The translations under genes and the position numbers were made by a program. Below the pieces are notes generated by a model. That model did not search any database, was not told the DNA's origin, and saw only the letters and a list, made by a program, of their open reading frames with translations. From NCBI GenBank assembly GCA_964639585.1, contig CAZXDK010000005.1, positions 5,398-69,397 on the forward strand: a stretch of DNA of 64,000 nucleotides, written 5' to 3'. Below are positions 28,038-37,531 of the stretch, one piece after another. This stretch comes from an uncultured Gallionellaceae bacterium (GTDB lineage Bacteria > Pseudomonadota > Gammaproteobacteria > Burkholderiales > Gallionellaceae). Within the stretch, counting starts at the first letter, position 1, and every line of letters starts with the position of its first letter.

Positions 28038-30791
28038 TTATTTGCCACCATTAAAAGACAGGTATCCGGTGGGTATTGGTGATTGGAATGGTTTTTCGCC
28101 GAAGTTTACTTCCCACGTGGTATCTGAGCGCGGTATGCCTTGCTTTACTTCACTGGTGACGGTCCCGGCTGCCAGAACGCAGGCACGGTATTGTTTACCT
28201 TGTTCCAATGGGAATCCATTTCCACTTTCGGGGGGCCCGCTGAGCCATTTTTCGTTCACCCTGAAATAGAGTTTGTGTTGGTCAAGGTCCGCCGCGATGC
28301 CAAATATGTCTCCTTCCTTGTATAGCTTCTGTTCGCCATGGCGAATGACGGTTAATCCTCCGGGCATTGTCGGTGCGTCGATTCCATTGCCGCGCTCGAG
28401 GCAAAGTCCGATGTTTGCATGGGGGTGTGCGGATAGTGAGCCTGTGACCTTTATCTTTCCTTCGTAGTAGAGCTTTCCTGCCGAGAAGGCGCGGTTAGAC
28501 CATGCATCGGTATATGCACCCGCCGGGCCGCGCAGGAGAGTGTTGCCATTTACGGCTTCTGTGAATGCGCTTTGCAAAGTGATGGCAGAGCCATTAAGAC
28601 GAGGTTTCTGTAGTGGTGGCAGGACAAAGGAGGGGGTTTGTGCGCCGATGCTGAATCCGGCGGCGGGTGCTTCATTGCTTGCCTGAAAGGTTTTCGGTGT
28701 CGCATCGGTGAGCGCACGGGTCGCAGTGGCGATGTCGATTAGGTCGTTTACTTCGTTACGAGTCGGGAAACCATTGAACAGGTTGATTCCCATCCTTTGC
28801 ATGATTTCTGTTCTTCGGGTGACGTTGACTTGCGGTTTGCCTCCGCCGGAGAAAGTGACTCGAGGTTCGTAATATCCGATGGCGATCACCCGTTTTAGGT
28901 TAACGCCGCGGTCTGCTTCTATATGCCATTCGATAGGTTCGTAGGCAAGCAGAAGCAGGACTGCGTTGTCTTCCGTCACTTTGAGCTTAACTATACCTTC
29001 AGAATGTTCTTGGCTATTACGTGGTGCGCCTTTGGGTTGAAATGCTTGATAGATCGAAACCACGTGTACTGGCGCACCTTCTGCCGGATAGAGGGCGGCT
29101 CGTTTGGGTGTTGACGCAGGAATGGCTGGTGGCGCGATGGTTTGCGTTGCATACGGTGTGGCAGGAGCCGCTGCGGGCACGGCTGCGTTGATGGCAGCTT
29201 GCACCAGATTTTGTTGCACAAGGGCGGGGGACTTGATCTGTATGCTTGGGGCGGACGCTACGGTGAGCGGTAGCATCGGCGCGAGATGGGCCGGCAGGGT
29301 GGTGTAATTGATTTCCGGGTAGCCAGGTGATAAACCGTTCAAGTGCCATTTTCCTTCTCCATCAGTGGGAACGAAATTAAGCTGACCGGTCATTTGTATG
29401 CCGTTATCGATCAACGACTTTAATGCCGGCAGAGATTCGCTGATTTTGATTGCCCAGTCTGGAGTCTGGGTCACCAGACCACGAGCTTTGATTTGAAATA
29501 CACCCCGGTTACCTTGCACACTCAGCACGTCGATGTTGATGCGTCCGGCCGGAATACATCCGCTGCCATAATTTACGAGCCCAAGTGCCTCAGCTGCTTC
29601 GCGCGTTACTGTGTAACGCACTCCGCCGTTCTTTGCTTCCGGGGAGGGTAGGACGCTGTCTTTCGAGAACTTACTGTTCGGGCGCGAGGGGGGGATGTGT
29701 TCCATTGTCGCTAAACTGGCGTGCTCTAATGCGGACATAATGTGGAGTGACTTGTACATCATGCGAAGTTCGTATTCTTTGCGGTCTGCCTTGTCGTAGT
29801 AGGTGACTGAGAACGGGGGGGCAGTTTCTGAGGCACGGGTATTGCCGACTACAGGTTTATCGTCTCCACCACGCTGGAGCTGGAGCGGTAAGCAGGCGAT
29901 CCCGTTGCTGGAAAGCCAGTTGGTGTCTGTCGATTGCCCTGTCATCAGTTGCTTTGCATCTTCAATGCTGGGAGGTTGGCGCAGGAGATTCTTTATCATC
30001 TCCTGCAAATAATTGTTGGCAGTCGCCTGGCCTTTGGCGGCTTGCGCAACTTCGATCTCGATCTCGTAGGCCGAACGCCAACCTTCTTTGGTTCTAATTA
30101 CTTTTGCATGCCCCTTGCTGTCTTCGGTTAGTTGTTGAAGTTTGGGGAACCAGCGTTTCGCATCCGGATTTTTTGTCCAAGCGGGGGCGTCGGATTGTTT
30201 GGTCGTATAAGTCACTTCATAGACATCGAGATCCATGACTTTTTCGAGCAATTTCTCAATCTTCTCGATTCCGGCAAATTCCCTTCGTCCGTAGTTGAAG
30301 CAAAGCATGTTTCCATAATTGAGCTGATTGTTGGCGAACCCTTCCCAAGTCATTTGGTAGATGCGCGCGGGGAGTGTTCCGTTATCGCTTTCGATGGTAC
30401 TGTCCGTCGCGGTAAATAAACCTTGCGAGGCTAGATAATCCAGTTGACCAAGCTGTATGTCTCGTACAGCTTGGTCGCGAACATTGGTTTGTCGTAACAG
30501 CGTTATCGAAAAGCGCCCGGGAGCTGCAGCGGGGGCGATTCCGGGGAATCCGGAAATTTCGGGAGCGGGACGGTTAATGTCCACATTGATGCAAGGTTCT
30601 GCGACTTCACGGGTGTTGATGTTGATGAGTACCTGTTTGCGTACAGATTCTTCCATCGCCGAGGCGATAGGTGCACGAGGGTTATTCCCGATCAGTCCGG
30701 TATCCCATGCAAACCATGCTCCGTAACCACTGCCAGCAAGAGCCGATAATGTGATGGCGGAAATGATCGTTACCTTGATATATTTTTTCAT
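28038..30791 (-). CDS. Large N-terminally anchored protein with a C-terminal SPRY domain; remainder unknown
   Basis: ATG at 30791 (MKKYIKVTIISAITLSALAG) within ORF 28038..30806. Ala/Pro linker near the middle. The C-terminus (GKLYYEGKIKV...ANIGLC...EGDIFGIAADLDQHKLYFRVNEKWL...WEVNFGEKPFQSPIPTGYLSF) fits the SPRY consensus. Confidence 0.85.
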   Translation of the reverse strand: MKKYIKVTIISAITLSALAGSGYGAWFAWDTGLIGNNPRAPIASAMEESVRKQVLININTREVAEPCINVDINRPAPEISGFPGIAPAAAPGRFSITLLRQTNVRDQAVRDIQLGQLDYLASQGLFTATDSTIESDNGTLPARIYQMTWEGFANNQLNYGNMLCFNYGRREFAGIEKIEKLLEKVMDLDVYEVTYTTKQSDAPAWTKNPDAKRWFPKLQQLTEDSKGHAKVIRTKEGWRSAYEIEIEVAQAAKGQATANNYLQEMIKNLLRQPPSIEDAKQLMTGQSTDTNWLSSNGIACLPLQLQRGGDDKPVVGNTRASETAPPFSVTYYDKADRKEYELRMMYKSLHIMSALEHASLATMEHIPPSRPNSKFSKDSVLPSPEAKNGGVRYTVTREAAEALGLVNYGSGCIPAGRINIDVLSVQGNRGVFQIKARGLVTQTPDWAIKISESLPALKSLIDNGIQMTGQLNFVPTDGEGKWHLNGLSPGYPEINYTTLPAHLAPMLPLTVASAPSIQIKSPALVQQNLVQAAINAAVPAAAPATPYATQTIAPPAIPASTPKRAALYPAEGAPVHVVSIYQAFQPKGAPRNSQEHSEGIVKLKVTEDNAVLLLLAYEPIEWHIEADRGVNLKRVIAIGYYEPRVTFSGGGKPQVNVTRRTEIMQRMGINLFNGFPTRNEVNDLIDIATATRALTDATPKTFQASNEAPAAGFSIGAQTPSFVLPPLQKPRLNGSAITLQSAFTEAVNGNTLLRGPAGAYTDAWSNRAFSAGKLYYEGKIKVTGSLSAHPHANIGLCLERGNGIDAPTMPGGLTVIRHGEQKLYKEGDIFGIAADLDQHKLYFRVNEKWLSGPPESGNGFPLEQGKQYRACVLAAGTVTSEVKQGIPRSDTTWEVNFGEKPFQSPIPTGYLSFNGGK

Positions 30792-30808
30792 AATTGACCT
30801 GGCCAAAA

Positions 30809-31129
30809 TTAAATGAGGGCGGTATTACGTTTGCTTTCATCGCCATGCATCTTCGGGATTATTAACTGGCGATAATTTGCAATCGGCAGCGAAGAGTTAT
30901 TGACGGGAGATGAGGACGGTTTCAGTCGGTTACATTTTGTAACCGACTCACTACCTTTCTTGCCCAGACGATTTTTTAGCACTTTCCAGTAGTTGCGGGC
31001 AGCTTGGTAATCCGGCTGCTGGGCGAGTATTTGAATGATGTCCACCACGGAGAGCCACCATGTTTCGGTGGCTTCGTTGTAGATGCGGCGTATCTGGTGG
31101 TCTTCAAAGAGGACGGGCTGGGTTTTCAT
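30809..31129 (-). pseudogene. Bro-N-domain protein remnant (N-terminal ~70 codons conserved, tail unrelated)
   Basis: FEDHQIRRIYNEATETWWLSVVDIIQILAQQPDYQAARNYWKVLKNRLGKKGSESVTKCNRLK matches the Bro-N family. The expected continuation is missing. Confidence 0.6.
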
Positions 31130-31224
31130 CGTGATCGGGTATGCGTTATTTCAACTGGTAACTATTTGTTACTAGTTGAGGCTGGAAGGAAAGTTCAGTC
31201 GGTGACGATTGCTCACCGACTAGT

Positions 31225-31277
31225 GCGTCGTAGCCGATGGCGCGCAGTTTGCCGGAGTTGATCTTTTTCATTTCCAT
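31225..31277 (-). repeat. 53-bp duplicate of the KTSC gene 5' end (start codon plus 17 codons)
   Basis: Identical to 27944..27996 apart from one A/G difference. Confidence 0.9.
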
Positions 31278-31305
31278 TTCATTCTGCCCCCGGCGTCCAG
31301 CGGTT

Positions 31306-33171
31306 CTATTTGTACAGCACCTGTTCCTTCAGGTTGTCTATCGCCTTTTCCGCAACCTTTTTGTATTCAACGAATAGCTGCGGCTTGCAGACATTGCCCT
31401 GGCTGCGGTCGTCGAGCGTGCGTTTTACGGTGAGGATGTTGCCTTTGAGTTTGTAGGTCGCCGTGTATGCGACGAAGTCGTTGGCGATTTTGAGGTTATC
31501 CGGGAACGACAGCACTTTGACCGTCTTGGGCAGTTCGATGACAAATTCTTCCACATGATTGATGTCGGAACAGGTGACATCGACTGCCTCCGGGTTCATC
31601 CCGGTCTGCAGGAATGCGTAGATAGGTGCGGTCATGTTGAGCGGCAGGTGGATGTAGAAAGCGCCAGCACCGGGCAGCTTGATGAACTTCTCGGCATTGA
31701 AGCTCACTTTGTAGTGGTAGCTGTCGGTCAGTTCTTTCGGGTCGTCTTTTTCCAGCTTGCCGCTGCCGAGCATGCCTTGCTGGCGGTACATATTTTTGAC
31801 CAGGTCATCTTCGGCTTCCTTGCTGAGGTTGCGCGCCCATGCGCGTGTTTGTACTGCGCCTATCCCGCGCAGGGAGATTTCCATGTTGCCGCTGACCGAA
31901 CCGTCCGCCGCGATCTTGAGCACGCTCTTCACGTGTTGCCGGTTGCTGCCGATCGGCGGTGCCGGAGTTTTGCTGCCGTCTTTGTAGCCTTCTACCGGCA
32001 GCACGGGTTTGTCCTGGTCGCCGAAGGGCAGCAGGCCGAACGGCGTGGAGTCCGATGTGGAATCGGCATACAGGTTGAAATCGGGGAGGTAGTTGATCAC
32101 ATGGTTGACGGTGGAGACGACCGGGACTTTGGGGAGTTGATAGGCGGAGCCCGCATTCACCAGCGCCTGGGTGCTTTTGATGCCGCGAGCGGCAAGCAGC
32201 GCCTGTAGCAATGTCGCGTGATCCTTGCAATCGCCCATTTTGTTGTCGAGGATGAACGCGGTGTCGCGCGGCACCACTGCGCCGATGCCGATGCAGTTGC
32301 CGGCGTAGGTGATGTTCTTGGCGACCCATTCGTACAGCGCGCGCGCCTGTTCTTTGGGGGCGGTTTTGCCCTTGACGATCTCGCCGGCCAGTTTGCTGAT
32401 CCTGTCCGTGACGGCAGCCTTGGGGAGTGCGCGTTCGCCATAAGCGGCGGCGATGTCGGCGTAGGTCTTGAAGGTGGAGAAGGACAAGCCTGCCACTTGG
32501 TCGGCGTTGAAAACAGAGTAGTCGCGGCGTTCTGTCTTGAGCGGTTGCGGATGGGTATAAGTCCATTCCATGATCTTGCGCTCGCCTTTGGTGGCGTTTG
32601 CCGTTTCTTGCATGCCGCGGGCTTCGTATTGCGCCCACATCGAGGCGGGATAGTCGAACCTTACGCGCACCTCGTCGTAGGCGACATGATCGTAAAAATA
32701 ATGTGCGACCGAATATTGTTTGGGGAACATGGGCTCGGTTTGCACGAGCTTGTAGGAGAGCACGACCTTGTCGCCGACGGCGACATCGGGGAAGACGACG
32801 GTCAATGTCGTCCAGTCGGAATAGACGGGTGCATCCTTGCCCTTGCCGCTATTCGACTCGATTTGATAATTGTCTTTCGGCGCGTCCAGCCGGCGTCCAT
32901 CCGCTTTCAGGGTATAGGCCGCGACGACTTCCGCCTTCTGCGCGCTGGTGCTGTAACTGACGGAAGCGCTCTTGGATTTTTCCAGCGCAGTTTCTTTCAG
33001 CACGGTCTTCGACCATTCGTGCGACTCGACCGCCGTGCCGTCTGCGTTGATGACGTAGGCGGCGTGGTAGTAGCCGAAGCGGGTTTGCAATTCCAGCGGG
33101 TCGCCCGTGGCAGCGCGGGCGGTGGTGCAAAACATGAATGCTGCAAGGAGTGTGGCGAATGCGGTTTTCAA
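31306..33171 (-). CDS. Exported DUF3857-like / transglutaminase-like cysteine protease family protein
   Basis: TTG at 33171 after AGGGGA gives the signal peptide LKTAFATLLAAFMFCTTARA. Transglutaminase core GDCKDHATLLQALLAARGI. ORF track 31306..33330. Confidence 0.82.
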   Translation of the reverse strand: MKTAFATLLAAFMFCTTARAATGDPLELQTRFGYYHAAYVINADGTAVESHEWSKTVLKETALEKSKSASVSYSTSAQKAEVVAAYTLKADGRRLDAPKDNYQIESNSGKGKDAPVYSDWTTLTVVFPDVAVGDKVVLSYKLVQTEPMFPKQYSVAHYFYDHVAYDEVRVRFDYPASMWAQYEARGMQETANATKGERKIMEWTYTHPQPLKTERRDYSVFNADQVAGLSFSTFKTYADIAAAYGERALPKAAVTDRISKLAGEIVKGKTAPKEQARALYEWVAKNITYAGNCIGIGAVVPRDTAFILDNKMGDCKDHATLLQALLAARGIKSTQALVNAGSAYQLPKVPVVSTVNHVINYLPDFNLYADSTSDSTPFGLLPFGDQDKPVLPVEGYKDGSKTPAPPIGSNRQHVKSVLKIAADGSVSGNMEISLRGIGAVQTRAWARNLSKEAEDDLVKNMYRQQGMLGSGKLEKDDPKELTDSYHYKVSFNAEKFIKLPGAGAFYIHLPLNMTAPIYAFLQTGMNPEAVDVTCSDINHVEEFVIELPKTVKVLSFPDNLKIANDFVAYTATYKLKGNILTVKRTLDDRSQGNVCKPQLFVEYKKVAEKAIDNLKEQVLYK

Positions 33172-33413
33172 GTATTTCCCCTTTGTCGGACAGGTTATGT
33201 TGCTGGCATTGTTTCCCCTGGGCTGCGGGAATTTTGTCTTGCGCCAGGCTCCTGTTCCGGGGGTTCGCCGTTTGCCTCGCGCCGTGCGTGCGGTGCGATG
33301 TGCGTGCGGCGGACTTGCAAGCGGGCGCAACTTTAGGCGAGTTATTCGGGGGCTGTCAATGGCGACGTGGGCTGTATAATCCCACGCTCATTGAGTAATG
33401 AGAGAAACCGCTT

Positions 33414-34079
33414 ATGTCCGCTACGCTACCCGTCCTTTCCCTGCTTGAAACCCGCGTGCTGGGCGTACTCGCCGAAAAACAGCGCACTGTGCCGGATAGT
33501 TATCCGCTCACGCTGAACTCGCTGCTCTCCGGCTGCAACCAGAAGAGCAGCCGCGATCCGGTGATGGAAGCCAGCGAGGCGGAGGTGGCTTCGGCGCTCG
33601 ATAGCTTGCGCGGGCTGTCGCTGATCATAGAAAGCAGCGGGGGCAGGGCGTCGCGTTACGCGCACAACATCGAGCGCGTGCTGCATATCCCCACCCAGTC
33701 CACCGCCTTGCTCACCATGCTGATGCTGCGCGGCCCGCAGACGGCGGGCGAGTTGCGCATCAACTGCGAACGGTTGCACAAATTTGCCGACATCGCCTCG
33801 GTGGAAAGTTTTCTGGAGGAGCTCGCCGCGCGAGAAGCGGGCGGCCTCGTGCTGGAGCTGCCGCGCCAACCCGGTTCGCGCGAAAACCGCTGGATGCACC
33901 TGCTTTCAGGTGCGCCCGTGATGGAGGAGCGAGTCGCCGCTCTGCCAACCCCGTCCGGTGATATAACCGTGGGCGAAATCGCCGCGCTTAAGGCCAATGT
34001 CGCCAAGCTGGAAACCGAGGTTGGCGAGTTGCGGGCGCTGGTGGGTAAGTTGTATAAGGAGTTGGGTATTTCAGCATAA
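33414..34079 (+). CDS. yceH: YceH/DUF480 family protein
   Basis: LETRVLGVLAEKQRTVPDSYPLTLNSLLSGCNQKSSRDPVM closely parallels E. coli YceH. Confidence 0.88.
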   Translation: MSATLPVLSLLETRVLGVLAEKQRTVPDSYPLTLNSLLSGCNQKSSRDPVMEASEAEVASALDSLRGLSLIIESSGGRASRYAHNIERVLHIPTQSTALLTMLMLRGPQTAGELRINCERLHKFADIASVESFLEELAAREAGGLVLELPRQPGSRENRWMHLLSGAPVMEERVAALPTPSGDITVGEIAALKANVAKLETEVGELRALVGKLYKELGISA

Positions 34080-34195
34080 TGCCGTATCCCGTTCGGGCGG
34101 CTACAGTGCGGAAGTGCGCGGGCGGCCTGAAAGTGTAAATGGTTTCAGGATAAATATTAATCCCAAACGGTTGGGTATTTGGATACATAGACACC

Positions 34196-35014
34196 ATGCA
34201 TACGCTACGCAATAAAACGATATTCATCACCGGTTCCTCGCGCGGCATCGGGCGCGAAATTGCCTTGCGCTGCGCGCGCGACGGGGCAAATGTGGTGATT
34301 ACCGGTAAAACATCGGAGGCTCATCCCAAATTGTCCGGCACCATACACTCCGTTGCGGAAGAGGTGCGGCTGGCGGGAGGGCAGGCGCTGGCGATCCGGC
34401 TTGACGTGCGCGACGAGCAAGCTGTCGCCGCGGCCGCCGAGCAGGCCGCCGCGCATTTTGGCGGCATCGATGTGCTGGTCAACAATGCCAGCGCCATCAG
34501 CCTGACGCCCACTTTGCAAACGCCCGCCAAGCGCCTCGATCTGATGTGGGATGTGAATATGCGCGCGACCTTTCTCGCCTCGCAAGCCTGCATCCCTTAT
34601 CTCCAGCAGGCTGCCAATCCGCACATTCTGACCCTGTCGCCGCCGCTGAATGTGGACGCAAAATGGTTTGCGCCGCATGTTGCTTACAGTATTTCCAAAT
34701 ACGGTATGAGTCTGTGCATGCTGGGCATGGCGCGTGAATTCACCGCCGCTGGCATCGCCTGCAATTGCCTGTGGCCGCGTACTACAATTGCGACGGCGGC
34801 CATCGAGAATAATTTTCCTGACGCCATTTTGCGCGCTTCACGCAAACCCGCTATCGTGGCCGATGCGGCGCATGTTATTTTGTTGCGCGACAGCAGAACG
34901 TGCAGCGGCAATTTTTTTATCGATGAACAGGTGTTGCGCGCCGAGGGAGTGATAGACTTTGAACCCTATGCTGTGGCGCCGGGAAATGATTTGTATGGCG
35001 ATCTGTTTTTGTAG
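34196..35014 (+). CDS. SDR family oxidoreductase (HSDL2-like)
   Basis: IFITGSSRGIGREIALRCARDGANVVITGKTSEAHPKLSGTIHS and the catalytic YSISK. Confidence 0.88.
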   Translation: MHTLRNKTIFITGSSRGIGREIALRCARDGANVVITGKTSEAHPKLSGTIHSVAEEVRLAGGQALAIRLDVRDEQAVAAAAEQAAAHFGGIDVLVNNASAISLTPTLQTPAKRLDLMWDVNMRATFLASQACIPYLQQAANPHILTLSPPLNVDAKWFAPHVAYSISKYGMSLCMLGMAREFTAAGIACNCLWPRTTIATAAIENNFPDAILRASRKPAIVADAAHVILLRDSRTCSGNFFIDEQVLRAEGVIDFEPYAVAPGNDLYGDLFL

Positions 35015-35046
35015 GAGCAAGATGGCTTCCGCAGAAGAGAATTAAA

Positions 35047-35187
35047 GGGCGCTTCTAAAAATTCAGATTCCGCCCAAATGCAAGGCGTGGAAAAAATTTC
35101 GCAGCGCGGCATATGGATGATATGTAAGCAAGAAATTTTTTCCGCAACGCAGCAGTTGGGATGAAATATGGATTTTTAGAAGTGCCC
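35047..35187. mobile_element. 141-bp MITE, copy 1, flanked by the 4-bp duplication TAAA
   Basis: Terminal inverted repeats GGGCGCTTCTAAAAAT ... ATTTTTAGAAGTGCCC. TAAA at 35043..35046 and again at 35188..35191. About 97% identical (4 mismatches by eye) to the reverse complement of 51576..51716. Confidence 0.9.
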
Positions 35188-35221
35188 TAAAGGTGCGCAA
35201 TATCGGGGGAGGATAAAGAAT

Positions 35222-37024
35222 ATGACTGACACCAGGCAGGCCGCAATCACACCCGAGCAGGCGGTTACCCTGCACGGTTTGCTGGTTGAGCGGGTGAGGC
35301 GCACGCCGGAAACCATTGCTTACCGTTACTTTGATATTTCGCGCAACGCCTGGTTGTCATTGACCTGGGCTGAAGTCAGCGCGCAAGTCGCGCGTTGGCA
35401 AGCCGCCCTGCTGCGCGAAAATCTTGCGGCAGGGGACCGTGTGGCGGTGATGCTGCGCAACTGCCCGCAGTGGATATTTTTCGATCAGGCGGCATTGTCG
35501 CTGGGGCTGGTGATCGTGCCGCTGTATACCGTGGACAGAGCGGATAACGTTGCCTACATCATCAACGATGCGAGCGTGAAAGTGCTGCTGTTCGAGACAC
35601 AGGAGCAATGGCAGGAGTTGAGCAGCGTGCGCGGCCAAATGGCCTCGGTGCAACGCTTCATCAGCCTGAATGAAATCACCAACGCTGAGCCAGGTTTGCA
35701 AAGCGCCGGCGTCTGGCTGCCGGCTTCCGCGCAACTGCAAGCTGCGGCGGTGAGTGATCCGCAGCAGCTTGCCACCATCATCTATACCTCGGGCACAACG
35801 GGCAAACCCAAGGGCGTGATGCTGAGCCATCACAACATCCTTTCCAATGCGCACGCCTGTCTGGACACCTTCGCGGTGAGCCACGACGATCTGTTTCTTT
35901 CCTTCCTGCCGTTATCGCACGCGTTCGAGCGCACTCTGGGGTATTACCTGACGGTGATGACCGGCGCGACAGTGGCGTTTGCGCGCTCCATTCCGCAGTT
36001 GAGCGAAGACTTGCAAACCATTAAACCGACCTTGCTGATTTCCGTGCCGCGCATCTATGAACGCATCTATGCCGCGATACGAGCGAAGCTGGACGAGGGC
36101 TCGCCGCTGCGCAAAAAACTGTTCTATCTGGCGGTCGAGGTGGGCTGGGCGCGTTTTTTACATCAGCAGGGACGCGGTGTATGGAAACCGGTTTTCCTGT
36201 TATGGCCGTTATTGGATAAGCTGGTGGCAAGCAAACTGTTGGCGCGCTTGGGCGGGCGCTTGCGCACTGCCGTGAGCGGCGGCGCGGCTTTGTCGCCCGA
36301 TATTTCGCGCGTGTTTGTCGGCTTGGGCTTGCCGGTGGTGCAGGGCTATGGTCTGACCGAGACCAGCCCCGTCATCAGCGGCAACCATCCCGACAACAAC
36401 TACCCGGAATCGGTCGGACAGCCGATACGCGGTGTGCAGGTGAAACTGGGCGAGCATAACGCGCTGCTGGTAAAAGGCCCGAACGTGATGCTGGGATACT
36501 GGAATAACGCCGAGGCGACCCGCGCCATGATTAGCCCCGACGGCTGGCTGAATACCGGCGACATTGCGCGCATCAGCGAGTCCGGCCACATCACCATCAC
36601 CGGGCGGGTGAAAGAAATCATCGTCATGTCCAACGGCGAGAAGCTGCCTCCGGCTGACATCGAGTTGGCGATTACGCGCGATACCCTGTTCGATCAGGTG
36701 CTGGTGTTGGGTGAGGCGCGCTCTTACATGGTGGCGGTGGCGGTAGTGAATCCGTCGGTTTGGCAGACGTTTGCGCAAGAGATAGGCGTGCGCCACGATA
36801 TGCCCGAATCGTTGCGGGATACCCGCGTCGAGCAGCAGGCTTTGCGCCGCATCGCGGCGCAACTGCGCGCATTTCCCGGTTATGCGCACATACACAGGGT
36901 GTTGCTGTTAAGCGAACCTTGGACGATAGAAAACGGCATCATGACGCCCACGCTGAAAATGAAACGCAACCGGGTGGTGACGCAATATGCCGCAGAGATC
37001 GAGCAACTGTATGAGGGACATTGA
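35222..37024 (+). CDS. fadD: Long-chain fatty acid-CoA ligase (AMP-forming)
   Basis: AMP-binding motifs IIYTSGTTGKPKGVMLSH and GYGLTETSP, and the C-terminal TPTLKMKR. Confidence 0.9.
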   Translation: MTDTRQAAITPEQAVTLHGLLVERVRRTPETIAYRYFDISRNAWLSLTWAEVSAQVARWQAALLRENLAAGDRVAVMLRNCPQWIFFDQAALSLGLVIVPLYTVDRADNVAYIINDASVKVLLFETQEQWQELSSVRGQMASVQRFISLNEITNAEPGLQSAGVWLPASAQLQAAAVSDPQQLATIIYTSGTTGKPKGVMLSHHNILSNAHACLDTFAVSHDDLFLSFLPLSHAFERTLGYYLTVMTGATVAFARSIPQLSEDLQTIKPTLLISVPRIYERIYAAIRAKLDEGSPLRKKLFYLAVEVGWARFLHQQGRGVWKPVFLLWPLLDKLVASKLLARLGGRLRTAVSGGAALSPDISRVFVGLGLPVVQGYGLTETSPVISGNHPDNNYPESVGQPIRGVQVKLGEHNALLVKGPNVMLGYWNNAEATRAMISPDGWLNTGDIARISESGHITITGRVKEIIVMSNGEKLPPADIELAITRDTLFDQVLVLGEARSYMVAVAVVNPSVWQTFAQEIGVRHDMPESLRDTRVEQQALRRIAAQLRAFPGYAHIHRVLLLSEPWTIENGIMTPTLKMKRNRVVTQYAAEIEQLYEGH

Positions 37025-37027
37025 ACG

Positions 37028-37426
37028 ATGAGCGGACAAGAGACAACTTTACCCAGCCGGCATGCCACCTTGCGCGTGGTGGCGATGCCTTCAGACTGCA
37101 ATATCACCGGCGATGTGTTCGGCGGCTGGGTGATGGCGCAAGTGGATATCGCCGGAAGCATCCCCGCTATCCACCGGGCGCGCGGCAGGGTGGCGACCGT
37201 GGCGGTGAATTCTTTCGTATTCAAGCAACCGCTTTTTTTGGGCGATGTGGTGAGTTTTTATGCCGACATCGTGAAAGTGGGGCGCACCTCGATGACGATT
37301 AATGTCGAGGTGTATGCGCAGCGCGATCCGATCAAGCCGACCTGCGTTAAAGTAACCGAGGCCACGCTGACTTATGTGGCCGTGGGAGATGACCGCAAAC
37401 CGCGAGTAGTGCCGGCTGCGGATTGA
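37028..37426 (+). CDS. YciA-like acyl-CoA thioesterase (hotdog fold)
   Basis: LRVVAMPSDCNITGDVFGGWVMAQVDIAGSI parallels E. coli YciA. Confidence 0.88.
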   Translation: MSGQETTLPSRHATLRVVAMPSDCNITGDVFGGWVMAQVDIAGSIPAIHRARGRVATVAVNSFVFKQPLFLGDVVSFYADIVKVGRTSMTINVEVYAQRDPIKPTCVKVTEATLTYVAVGDDRKPRVVPAAD

Positions 37427-37531
37427 GGGGCTACAGCGCCCGGGGAAATTTTTGCCGGGAATGGCAGGAGTTTGAGTGGTAGGGGTAATTGGTAATTGGG
37501 GGTTTTGCTTACATAAATGGGGAGAGTTCAA

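Noticed and set aside
35063-35275. A 70-aa minus-strand ORF
   Set aside because: It lies almost entirely within the MITE copy and the fadD 5' end. The equivalent reading frame is not preserved as a gene at the second MITE copy.
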